Shown here piece after piece: positions 9,000 through 17,215 of a DNA stretch of 21,692 nt. The notes under the pieces are model-generated. The model made no database searches. It saw only the letters and a list, made by a program, of their open reading frames with translations, and was not told the DNA's origin. The DNA is from Pseudomonadota bacterium (GTDB taxonomy: Bacteria; UBA10199; 2-02-FULL-44-16; JBDRGF01). Within the stretch, counting starts at the first letter, position 1. Each line of letters begins with the position of its first letter. Position numbers and translations under genes: made by a program. The stretch lies in assembly GCA_043818055.1 (NCBI GenBank), contig JBDRGF010000081.1:1-21692 (forward strand), read 5' to 3'.

Positions 9000-9248
9000 T
9001 TAACTCTGAGGAGCTGCGGCTTCAGTCTCGGCACCCTTCTTCGAAGCCATCCAGGCGCCGTAATGCTGCTCGCACAATCCGAAGCGATGAATCTTCTTAC
9101 AGCATTTTTCTTCGGAGCAGGTTTTATAACGAGGCTTCGCTTCGATTTCGCCTCTTCGCCACTTGCGAAAATGGACATTGCAATATCCCTTCGCCCTGTA
9201 AGCTCTTTTACATCCCTCTATCTTGCAAGTTTTAGCTGTTTCAGTCAT
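9000..9248 (-). CDS. Small basic protein with two C-x4-C-x9-C-x2-H repeats (VegA/'vegetative protein'-like putative Zn-binding)
   Basis: CKIEGCKRAYRAKGYCNVH and CSEEKCCKKIHRFGLCEQH; strong GGAGG RBS. Confidence 0.8.
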   Translation of the reverse strand: MTETAKTCKIEGCKRAYRAKGYCNVHFRKWRRGEIEAKPRYKTCSEEKCCKKIHRFGLCEQHYGAWMASKKGAETEAAAPQS

Positions 9249-9277
9249 TTTTTCCTCCAGTGTTGATTATGAAAATC

Positions 9278-9386
9278 CTAGTGCTTCGTCAATTTAATTT
9301 CCACCAGTGGAAATATGATAATATTAAATTGTTACGAGCACTTGTGCCCTTCCTTAGTGTTGAAAATTTAATTGATGAGGTACTAG
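9278..9386. repeat. Dispersed non-coding element, copy 2, bounded by a 23-bp imperfect inverted repeat
   Basis: Homologous to 200-295; arms 9278-9300 and 9364-9386 pair with 19 WC, 3 G-U and 1 U-U on the + strand. Confidence 0.85.
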
Positions 9387-9727
9387 AAACCTGTATAACC
9401 CTCTTTCTCTTTGTTCTTATTAGTAACCGGGGTCTCTTTTTGAGGCTCGGATGGTTCTTTCAACTTTTTCAACTCATCCCTCACCAATTTGTCCAGCTCT
9501 TGCCTCTCCTTGTCATTGACATCATCCGAGATCTCTTCGCCGACTGCTTTAATTGCTTCACCGACCATCTGTCTGATATCTTTTATACCCTCTTTAGTGT
9601 CGGACTTTGATAAAAATTCTTTCGCATGCTCCGTGACGGTCTTGTCACCGATCTTATAGCCTGTTATCGCCAGAACGATGAAAGCCACAATCAGCCCAAA
9701 AAAAATAAGTTTAAAAAGCCTCCACAT
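9383..9727 (-). CDS. Hypothetical membrane-anchored protein, 114 aa
   Basis: N-terminal hydrophobic helix (LIFFGLIVAFIVLAI) then charged helical body; GGAGGGGAG RBS. Confidence 0.75.
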   Translation of the reverse strand: MWRLFKLIFFGLIVAFIVLAITGYKIGDKTVTEHAKEFLSKSDTKEGIKDIRQMVGEAIKAVGEEISDDVNDKERQELDKLVRDELKKLKEPSEPQKETPVTNKNKEKEGYTGF

Positions 9728-9796
9728 GCCTTACTCCCCTCCTAAAAATCGACTGAAATTAACCAAATAGACCCACGATTGCAACTCTTTTTAAAG

Positions 9797-9824
9797 CAGC
9801 TTTCAGCCATCAGCCGTCAGCTAA
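9797..9824. repeat. Four-copy heptamer tandem repeat CAGCNNN
   Basis: CAGCTTT CAGCCAT CAGCCGT CAGCTAA in a divergent intergenic region. Confidence 0.6.
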
Positions 9825-9888
9825 AGCAACATTTTACAATTAGACGTTGAAGAATCTGTCGAAAGAGGTTATAAAAGGCTCTCAAATT

Positions 9889-10854
9889 ATGAGGGATAAG
9901 CCGCAAATACTGATAGTCGATGACAATAAAGTCAATGTTGAGCTTTTAAAGAGCCAGCTTAAGCCGTTTAGCTACAATCTCGATTGTGCCTACGATGGCG
10001 AAGAGGCGCTTTCTAAGATCAACGAATCTCATCCCGATCTCGTCTTGCTCGATCTCATGATGCCCAAGATCAGCGGCTTCGAAATCTGCCGCTCGGTAAA
10101 GCAGAACAAAAAGACCCAATTTATTCCGATTATCGTCATCACCGCTTTGCAGGAGCTCGATGACAAGATCAAGGCCATCGAACTGGGCGCGGACGATTTT
10201 CTCGTGAAACCTATCAACAGGCTTGAACTGACGACGAGGATCAAATCGCTATTGCACCTAAAATCACTCCACGACGACCTCGACACGAGCGAGAGCATAC
10301 TCTTTTCGCTGGTTCAGGCGCTCGAAGCGAAGGACTTCTATACAAAGGGTCATTCTGAGAGGGTCGCCCACCTCGCAACCGAGATCGGAAGGATAGCAAA
10401 TCTAGGGGACAAGGAGCTCGATTATCTCCATAAAGGCGGTCTGCTGCACGACATTGGGAAGATCGGGATCAAGGAGTCGATCCTTCTGAAGCCGGGAAAG
10501 CTGACCCCAGAGGAGATGGCACATATCAAATCGCATCCGTCGAGGGGATATGAGATCTGTTCTCCTCTGAAAACTCTCGGTCCATGCCTTTCGATCATCC
10601 GCTCGCATCATGAGAGGATCGACGGCGAGGGTTATCCAGATGGGCTTAAAGGAAAAGATATTCCAATACTCGCCAAGATCACCGCTGTCGCAGACTCATT
10701 CGACGCGATGACGACCGACAGGCCGTACAGAAGAGGGATGACAGAGGAAGCCGCACTGAAAATTTTCAGGAATGAGATCGATTCAGGACAATGGGATGCA
10801 GAGATCGTGAAGCTGTTGATCAAAGTGTTGGAGAGATCGAAAAGTTCCAAATAA
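9889..10854 (+). CDS. Response regulator with HD-GYP output domain (RpfG-type cyclic dinucleotide phosphodiesterase)
   Basis: REC: ILIVDD, LLDLMMP, ITA, DFLVKP; HD-GYP: YTKGHSERV, LLHDIGK, HHERIDGEGYP, DSFDAMTTDRPYR. Confidence 0.93.
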   Translation: MRDKPQILIVDDNKVNVELLKSQLKPFSYNLDCAYDGEEALSKINESHPDLVLLDLMMPKISGFEICRSVKQNKKTQFIPIIVITALQELDDKIKAIELGADDFLVKPINRLELTTRIKSLLHLKSLHDDLDTSESILFSLVQALEAKDFYTKGHSERVAHLATEIGRIANLGDKELDYLHKGGLLHDIGKIGIKESILLKPGKLTPEEMAHIKSHPSRGYEICSPLKTLGPCLSIIRSHHERIDGEGYPDGLKGKDIPILAKITAVADSFDAMTTDRPYRRGMTEEAALKIFRNEIDSGQWDAEIVKLLIKVLERSKSSK

Positions 10855-10880
10855 TGTTATTCCATCTATAATCGCAGGTC

Positions 10881-11741
10881 CTAGAAATGGTGCCAGAGGG
10901 CGAAAAAGATTCCCTGCCCTCTCTGAGTTCTCTTCGTGGCGAAATCTATGGCCGATCCCACCTGCAAAGAGATGTTGTGTGTGAATGAGAAGGCAGCTGC
11001 GGGACCCATGTAGGCTCTGACTGTTGTTCCCAGAGAGTTTCCCTGTCTGTCTTCGGCTCCACCCACCCTTCCGAGCAAGAGGCCAAAGTCAACCCCCAAT
11101 GATACGCTGTCGTTTATCGCGTATCCAACCGAGCCATTTGCTATATTCATTGAAAGCCCGTTTAAGATGTGACTCTTCTCATCGCGAAAATTCCACTGAA
11201 CTGCCATAGGCATGATTGAAACGATGAAATTTCTGTGGCGAATATAACACTCCTGAAACCAGCCTATGGAATAGTTTCTTCCGCCAAGGGCAACGCCGTT
11301 ATCGATAGTGGCCGTAGGAAATGAAGAGCTGACAGCGTTATCAAACCAGACCTCCGTCGTATCATTATCGACCAGATGCCAGAAGCTCTCCACATTGAAA
11401 GCGAGAGAGCCTATACCAAAGACCGATGATGATCCGCCGGCGTTGTTATTTTGCCTTCGATATCCAAATGGCAAATGCGCTACGAACTGAATCTGATCTT
11501 TAGAGGGATCGCCGGAAAAACCTGTGATGAAGAGCTGAGGCTCCAGCGCCATCTCGAAATCGTGAGCCGAGATCCCCTGCTGATTGAAATAGCTTAAGAA
11601 ATATTTTAAGGCGAAGCCGGGTTTTGCAGGTGCAGATGCGTTTCCGAGATATTCGGGATTGAAACCAACCTGCGCGTCAGCATTTTCAATGCTTACAAAA
11701 AAAATGCTGCAAAAAATCATGACCGCTAGCAATATTTTCAT
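10881..11741 (-). CDS. Putative outer-membrane beta-barrel / secreted transporter, 286 aa
   Basis: Signal peptide MKILLAVMIFCSIFFVSIENADA-Q, aromatic/Gly-rich amphipathic strands, C-terminal FFALWHHF; start reassigned to ATG 11741 to avoid overlap with the divergent transporter. Confidence 0.7.
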   Translation of the reverse strand: MKILLAVMIFCSIFFVSIENADAQVGFNPEYLGNASAPAKPGFALKYFLSYFNQQGISAHDFEMALEPQLFITGFSGDPSKDQIQFVAHLPFGYRRQNNNAGGSSSVFGIGSLAFNVESFWHLVDNDTTEVWFDNAVSSSFPTATIDNGVALGGRNYSIGWFQECYIRHRNFIVSIMPMAVQWNFRDEKSHILNGLSMNIANGSVGYAINDSVSLGVDFGLLLGRVGGAEDRQGNSLGTTVRAYMGPAAAFSFTHNISLQVGSAIDFATKRTQRGQGIFFALWHHF

Positions 11742-11801
11742 ATTTGATATATAATACTCTACTGAAAATCGCACAAGCGATAAAATCGATAGGAGAAAAA
11801 T

Positions 11802-12986
11802 ATGATTGAGATCATAGCCATCGCGCTCGTGTTCGTCATTGTCGCAGGCTTTATCAACGGATCCTTCGCTACCCCGATGAAATACATGCTCAGATGGGAA
11901 GAAGAAAACATCTGGCTCATATTCTCCTTCTGGGGTTTTCTCATACTCCCGTGGATAACAATTTTTATAATGGTCCCCGACGCTTTCAATATTATCGAAA
12001 AAATTCCATCCAATCTTTTGTACGCGATGATACTCGGCGGAATTGGATTTGGCCTGGGGCAGATCGCGTTTGCGACATCCTTCAGATATATCGGGATCGG
12101 ACTCGCCTTTGTCATCAACATCTCGATCGGGACATCGGGATCGGCTCTCATTCCAATCCTCTGGCACAAGGGAATAATGGGGACGACGTACAGCTACGTT
12201 CAGATACTGGGCATATTGATATTCATTCTCGCTGTCTGCTTCAGCACAGCGGCAGGATCGGATCGCGATAAGCACAAAAAATTGGAGGAGGAGACCTCTT
12301 CGGATGAGAAGACAAAAACGATCAAGCCGGGGATGTTGATACTCGGAATAATGCTCGCTCTGCTCGCGGGAGCCGGCTCGGTCTGTCAGGGAGTATCATA
12401 TATATGGAGCAACCCGGGAGTTTCTAAAATAGCTATGGATGGAGGCCAAACCACAAAGCTGGCGGCGAGCATCATCTCATGGGTGATCATCTTTTCGGCG
12501 GCGTGGGTCCCATACTTTTTGTATTTTTTAATTCTCAATCTAAAAAATCGCACGCTCTCAAAATTAGGAACGGGGAAAACAGGCGCATACTGGATATACA
12601 CACTTCTGATGGGAGTCGGCTTTTGGGGATCGCTCATCTTCTTCAGCAGGGCGAGCAACGAGATAGGTGGAGATCTCGCACCGACAATCGCCTGGCCGCT
12701 TTTTATGGTCTTCATCATCCTCACATCAAACTTCTGGAGCTTTAAATCGGGAGAGTGGAAGAATGCCAGAACTCAGGCGAAGAAAAAAATGGCGACGAGC
12801 CTTGTGCTGTTTATTTTTGCGATCCTCGTCTTCTCGTACAGCAGCGGACTGCAGCCAAAAAGCCCGGCAACACCGGACGATCGATATCACAACGTGCACT
12901 TTTTATATATTCAACACGACAACTATCCTACATATGAAATTACAAAAGAGGTACAGATAGAGATCAAAGAGAAGGCAACAGAATAG
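11802..12986 (+). CDS. RhaT-family (DMT superfamily) sugar:proton symporter-like protein
   Basis: NGSFATPMK..WEEENIW, LPW, IGIGLAF..IG, C-terminal FWSFKSGEWK, about 10 hydrophobic helices; AGGAG RBS. Confidence 0.8.
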   Translation: MIEIIAIALVFVIVAGFINGSFATPMKYMLRWEEENIWLIFSFWGFLILPWITIFIMVPDAFNIIEKIPSNLLYAMILGGIGFGLGQIAFATSFRYIGIGLAFVINISIGTSGSALIPILWHKGIMGTTYSYVQILGILIFILAVCFSTAAGSDRDKHKKLEEETSSDEKTKTIKPGMLILGIMLALLAGAGSVCQGVSYIWSNPGVSKIAMDGGQTTKLAASIISWVIIFSAAWVPYFLYFLILNLKNRTLSKLGTGKTGAYWIYTLLMGVGFWGSLIFFSRASNEIGGDLAPTIAWPLFMVFIILTSNFWSFKSGEWKNARTQAKKKMATSLVLFIFAILVFSYSSGLQPKSPATPDDRYHNVHFLYIQHDNYPTYEITKEVQIEIKEKATE

Positions 12987-12990
12987 GCTA

Positions 12991-14331
12991 TCACACAGAC
13001 GAAGCAACTGCTGCGATCGTCGCAGCCCCTATTCCGGAGCCATCGTGTGCCTGAACCAGCTTGATCCTTTTGGCCTTATTCCCATGCAGTTCAACAAACG
13101 ACGAGAGAATCCTCTCTCTGAACTTTGGATATTTCTCGAAGAGCGTGCCGTCGATGGCTATGGTATGCGATTTTGAAATCTTCGGATCCATCCACATGAC
13201 AACAGCCGATATAGCAGCAGCACAAATCCCCGCTGCACGCGTCGATACCAGCCTGCACACCCTCTTCAGACATTTTCTTTCAAACAGGGTGCTGTTGATA
13301 ATTCCAATCCCCTCAAGATAGCTAACAATTCCGGATAATCCGCTTGAGCTGTCAGCCTCGATCAGGGACATATGCCTTGTCGAAAAATCACCTTCGGAAA
13401 AAATAGCGTTTTCCTTTGCAAATAAGAGCTTCGAGGCGATCATATCTGTCAGGACCAGACGGGTCAGCTCACCCAGATACATCCCTGCGATCATCTTCTC
13501 CATCAGCTGCTTCTTTGGATTGTTCGTCGCTTGATCTAGCTTTTTGTCGAATGAGTTCATCGTGAGCTTGTTAAAATTTCCCCACTCGATATTGATTATC
13601 ATTCCTTTGCCGGCCTTGCGCCGTTCGGATTCAGACAACTTGGCGATTTTATCAACCCTCTCGGTGTAACAGGCGTTGGTGCCGGTCCCAAAGATGACTC
13701 CGATGTCACAATTTGGATCCTTGTACGATCTCGTCGCCAGCGTTCCGACCGTGTCATTTATCAGTGCAACTATTTCGATATTATTTAAGCCATACCTCTT
13801 GAGCGACTTTGAGAGTAGCTTGACGACATCCTCCCCGACAACTCCGCTAGCTGAAAAACCCTTAGTCCAGTTGATCAGGATGCCGGACGAGATGCTTCTC
13901 TGTTTTAAAGGAAACGAAAAAGTAAATCCAAGCCCCCTCTTCTCCGAAAAACCTATTCCATTTTTTAATACAAACTTTTGCACAGCTTTCGCAATGAAAT
14001 TAAAAAACTGTGTGGACGTGCCGTGCATGACAGCCTTTGGAATTACAAATTTTCCGACATGCTCCTCCTTAATTCCTCCCCTTCCATCGAATTTGACCTC
14101 GAGTATCCTGAAATTCGTCCCGCCGAGATCGAGCGCCAGAAATTTTCCCTTTTCATCTCCCTTCGGCCTGTTGACAAAGGATGGCAGCATCTTGAGCGAA
14201 CTCTTCCCGCCCGACAACCCTTTCTTCATCTCATCATGAAAGGCAGCAATAATCGAATTCATCCCCTTTTTTGTTAGTTCGAAAGAAGCTCCGATCTCTT
14301 GAAAATAGATTTCTATCTCTTTATTGTTCAC
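12991..14331 (-). CDS. Eukaryote-type hexokinase (Hexokinase_1/Hexokinase_2 domains)
   Basis: LKMLPSFV, LALDLGGTNFR, LGFTFSFP, WTKGF, ALINDTVGTL, GVIFGTGTNACY, INIEWGNF, EKMIAGMYLGE, IDGTLFEKYP, DGSGIGAA; GTG 14331 preceded by GGGGG (ATG 14352 is an alternative). Confidence 0.95.
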   Translation of the reverse strand: MNNKEIEIYFQEIGASFELTKKGMNSIIAAFHDEMKKGLSGGKSSLKMLPSFVNRPKGDEKGKFLALDLGGTNFRILEVKFDGRGGIKEEHVGKFVIPKAVMHGTSTQFFNFIAKAVQKFVLKNGIGFSEKRGLGFTFSFPLKQRSISSGILINWTKGFSASGVVGEDVVKLLSKSLKRYGLNNIEIVALINDTVGTLATRSYKDPNCDIGVIFGTGTNACYTERVDKIAKLSESERRKAGKGMIINIEWGNFNKLTMNSFDKKLDQATNNPKKQLMEKMIAGMYLGELTRLVLTDMIASKLLFAKENAIFSEGDFSTRHMSLIEADSSSGLSGIVSYLEGIGIINSTLFERKCLKRVCRLVSTRAAGICAAAISAVVMWMDPKISKSHTIAIDGTLFEKYPKFRERILSSFVELHGNKAKRIKLVQAHDGSGIGAATIAAVASSV

Positions 14332-14377
14332 AATACCCCCGTAGTGCCTCATTATTCGATATATGCATTTGACTTAT

Positions 14378-14403
14378 GTAGGGGCGGCCCCCCGTGGCCG
14401 CCC
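14378..14403 (+). repeat. GTAG-family REP element
   Basis: GTAG tetranucleotide followed by GGGCGGCC-CCCCGT-GGCCGCCC hairpin. Confidence 0.75.
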
Positions 14404-14445
14404 GAATTAGAGCAACCAGAGTCTCAAAGAAAGGTTACCAACCTA

Positions 14446-14859
14446 CTAAAAAAATTTTGCTACAACAGACGATATCCACTCTTTAATTTGTGGTCCACAT
14501 ATTCTAATAGGAATTATCATCAACAAAATTATTATGATAGTTAATCCAATCATCCAGAAATAACGCTTTTCTTGGACCCTTCGATCAATTTCTTTTTCAG
14601 CAGCGTCCTTAACCTCCCCTCCCTCCTTTTCTAAGAGTCTTTCCAGCTCTTCCTTTTTTACCCCCTTCATATTATTGCTATTCAGTAAAAACCTTCTCCT
14701 ACTTTCATCTAACGCGCTTAAGCGCCTATATTTACTATCATCTGGAAGAGATGGATCATTGGAAATTTCCGTTTGTAATTCCTCGAACTCCTTGAGATTT
14801 TTGCATTTCTTTATTTGAACCCAATATTGACTACGATTATTATCATTATCATTATCCAT
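14446..14859 (-). CDS. AT-rich hypothetical protein with C-terminal transmembrane helix, 137 aa
   Basis: GGAG RBS; charged N-terminal region then YFWMIGLTIIIILLMIIPI. Confidence 0.6.
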   Translation of the reverse strand: MDNDNDNNRSQYWVQIKKCKNLKEFEELQTEISNDPSLPDDSKYRRLSALDESRRRFLLNSNNMKGVKKEELERLLEKEGGEVKDAAEKEIDRRVQEKRYFWMIGLTIIIILLMIIPIRICGPQIKEWISSVVAKFF

Positions 14860-14981
14860 ATTTACTCCATTAGAGTTTAACGATAATTACAACTATATAG
14901 ATATTTTGAAATTTTACAATGCTTAAGCCACATGCCTTAATATGATTTACCAAAGACAATGAAATGATTTTTTCATTTTTT

Positions 14982-15056
14982 TGTCATTCCCGCGAAGTAG
15001 GAAATCCAGCATAAATTCAACCCAATCTGGATCCCGCATCGGGGTGCGGGATGACA
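14982..15056. repeat. GTCATTCCCGCG...GGGATGAC-type REP doublet (dRS3/RPE-like)
   Basis: TGTCATTCCCGCGAAGTAGGAAATCCAG-spacer-CTGGATCCCGCATCGGGGTGCGGGATGACA with terminal inverted TGTCAT/ATGACA and inner ATCCAG/CTGGAT. Confidence 0.75.
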
Positions 15057-15124
15057 TTGTAAATCGACAAAGTTGCCTTAAAATGAGTTATTTAGTCTTT
15101 CAGAGGGATACAATTTTTGCTGCC

Positions 15125-15153
15125 TTGCCCAAGCATTTCTAAAGTTGTATAAA
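15125..15153 (+). promoter_or_regulatory. Putative sigma-70 promoter of the alpha/beta hydrolase, possibly leaderless
   Basis: TTGCCC-N17-TATAAA-N7-ATG; no Shine-Dalgarno. Confidence 0.55.
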
Positions 15154-15160
15154 TACAGAT

Positions 15161-15946
15161 ATGTCATACTTTAATCATGAAAACTTGAATATCTATTACG
15201 AAGAGATTGGGAGTGGAGAGCCTCTACTTCTCATCAACGGCCTCGGCGGTGATACACGCGGCTGGGCTCCTTTGATTGAACATCTGAAAAACAAATTTCA
15301 CGTGATCAGCTACGATATGCGCTGTGCAGGGCAAAGCGATAAGCCGAAGGAGCAGATCACCATTCATCAACTCGCCGAAGAGGCGCTCGCTCTGATTCAA
15401 CACTTGGGATTAAAGAGGGTTCATGTGCTGGCTCACTCTATGGGTGGGATGATTGCAATGGATCTTGCTCTGAATCATCCCGATCTCATCGACAAACTTT
15501 TTTTGATCTCCACTGCGCCATCTCTAAATCGGCCATATGCTGTATCCGAAAAAATTTTAACGCTCTTTCATCGTATCGATGTCTCGCCTGAACTTCTGGC
15601 CGAGGTTTATGAGACTGTTTTTGGAACAAACTTTAAAAAGAAAATCTCTATTGATGATTACATAAAGGCGCGCATGAAAGACACAAACCCACAGCCGACT
15701 CAAGCGTATTTAAACCAGCTCAGGGCTACAGAGTTGTTTGACATCTATGATTCAGTCGCGAAAATTTTTCAGCCTGCCTGCATCGTTGTTGGCGATCAGG
15801 ATAAAATTATTCCGCCTCAAAACTCAAAATGGCTGAGCGAAAAAATCCCCAACTCAAAGCTCTTAGTCCTGAAAGGTATTGGCCACATGCTTCCAATTGA
15901 GGCCACAGATGAACTTTCCAAAATCGTGGAGGAGATATGTCTATAA
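15161..15946 (+). CDS. Alpha/beta-fold hydrolase (enol-lactonase/esterase-like)
   Basis: GEPLLLINGLG, YDMRCAGQS, nucleophile elbow AHSMGG, GDQDKIIP, GIGH. Confidence 0.9.
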   Translation: MSYFNHENLNIYYEEIGSGEPLLLINGLGGDTRGWAPLIEHLKNKFHVISYDMRCAGQSDKPKEQITIHQLAEEALALIQHLGLKRVHVLAHSMGGMIAMDLALNHPDLIDKLFLISTAPSLNRPYAVSEKILTLFHRIDVSPELLAEVYETVFGTNFKKKISIDDYIKARMKDTNPQPTQAYLNQLRATELFDIYDSVAKIFQPACIVVGDQDKIIPPQNSKWLSEKIPNSKLLVLKGIGHMLPIEATDELSKIVEEICL

Positions 15947-17190
15947 GAAGAATACAACATCCATTATTGATTGGACATCCGAATCCAACTGTATTTCCTG
16001 TCGAGACATCTCTCGGAGATGGAATAACTCCGATGGACCTGAGCGGGGATCACTATGATCTCAACAATGTCGCCTATGTCATCGAAGGACCGATTGCAGC
16101 GAACATACCGATAAGGCCTGAAACGCACAAAATCAGATCAATACCGATTCCTCTCTCATCCAAGCAATCACTGATTCTGCGTGAACATGAGCCCTACCTA
16201 AAACGTTACGATCTCTTCTCCAATTTGAATTACAGCCCTGTTGAAGGATCATTCTACTTTGGCGCACCTCTTCATGAAAATGACGAAGGCCTGACAAGCG
16301 TTAGAGTCAGCAGAAGTGCAATTGGCAGTGATGATCACAGCGTGGTCTTCGACACAGAGATAGGTATAAGAGATATCATTGAATGCTACAGCCTAAATCA
16401 AATACCATGTGGCGAAAGATTTCCCAGTATCTATTCGGCTGATGGTCAGCGCAGGGCTCATTACATCCACACCCCCTTACTACGACTTTTTGATCCAGCG
16501 ACAGCCCCATCGATAGGACTCTTCCTGCTCTTAGAAGGCACAATTAAAAAGCCTCAACCGACAAACGAACGGATGGTCAGTTCAAAGTTACATCTGGCGC
16601 CAGACTGGAAGATGTTCAAAAAGGAAGATGGTTATACGGCAATCATCAGCGCATTGCGCTATCACCCCTATCTTCTCCCTGATTATTTTGATCCGGTTAG
16701 AACCAATCTTGCCGTCCTCTCGAAAGGAAAGGAATTGGATCTGGCTGGATCAGTCAATCGCTTTGGTTTTTCGCAGTTGTGCGAACTCGATGCTACATTG
16801 ATACTTAGCTGTAATAAAGAGGGGGCGTTGACGCTATATTCAAAACATCCCCCTGATGGAGGTAGAAGAATTATAGTGCGGTCAAAGAGCTGGACAATCG
16901 ATTTCCAGAAGGAGCACAACTGCTGTCCTATCGATGAAAGCTCAACAATCACATTTGCTTTTTTGGGGAAAAATTCTACCCCATTCGTCGGACAAATTAC
17001 AATAGAGCTGCTCTTTCCCAGAATGCAACAACAGACATCGGAAGATGATAAGATGAAGCAGCATCCCTGGGTAATCGAGACAGAGGATGTTCTGTTTGGA
17101 AAGAAAAACCGCGCATTGTTACTACAGCTCGCCTCTTCCCAACACCTTTATGGCTATGATAAAAATGTGCCACCGGCTTTGATTTTTTGA
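15937..17190 (+). CDS. Orphan hypothetical protein, 417 aa
   Basis: Long ORF with GGAGGAG RBS inside the upstream gene and a 10-nt overlap; no recognisable motif. Confidence 0.7.
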   Translation: MSIRRIQHPLLIGHPNPTVFPVETSLGDGITPMDLSGDHYDLNNVAYVIEGPIAANIPIRPETHKIRSIPIPLSSKQSLILREHEPYLKRYDLFSNLNYSPVEGSFYFGAPLHENDEGLTSVRVSRSAIGSDDHSVVFDTEIGIRDIIECYSLNQIPCGERFPSIYSADGQRRAHYIHTPLLRLFDPATAPSIGLFLLLEGTIKKPQPTNERMVSSKLHLAPDWKMFKKEDGYTAIISALRYHPYLLPDYFDPVRTNLAVLSKGKELDLAGSVNRFGFSQLCELDATLILSCNKEGALTLYSKHPPDGGRRIIVRSKSWTIDFQKEHNCCPIDESSTITFAFLGKNSTPFVGQITIELLFPRMQQQTSEDDKMKQHPWVIETEDVLFGKKNRALLLQLASSQHLYGYDKNVPPALIF

Positions 17191-17215
17191 TGATTAAGCC
17201 CCATGATCATGAAGC

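Noticed and set aside
200..9386. Dispersed repeat pair as a CRISPR array or ends of an integrated element
   Set aside because: Only two copies 9 kb apart, no spacers, no cas or integrase gene, and the interval holds core genes (ligA, nadA)
9260..9610. 116-aa + strand ORF, and the other short ORFs overlapping called genes
   Set aside because: Antisense or off-frame shadows with no RBS or motif support
9781..9806. GCAACT hexamers at 9781 (+), 8125 (+) and 15071-15076 (-) as further alternative-sigma promoters
   Set aside because: No GMCGATA box at the 13-14 nt spacing
9797..9824. Heptamer repeat as a functional array or contingency locus
   Set aside because: Only four degenerate units; recorded as a simple repeat
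11742..12275. N-terminal 178 aa of the 464-aa minus-strand ORF
   Set aside because: Overlaps the RhaT-like gene on the opposite strand; a clean signal peptide begins at ATG 11741
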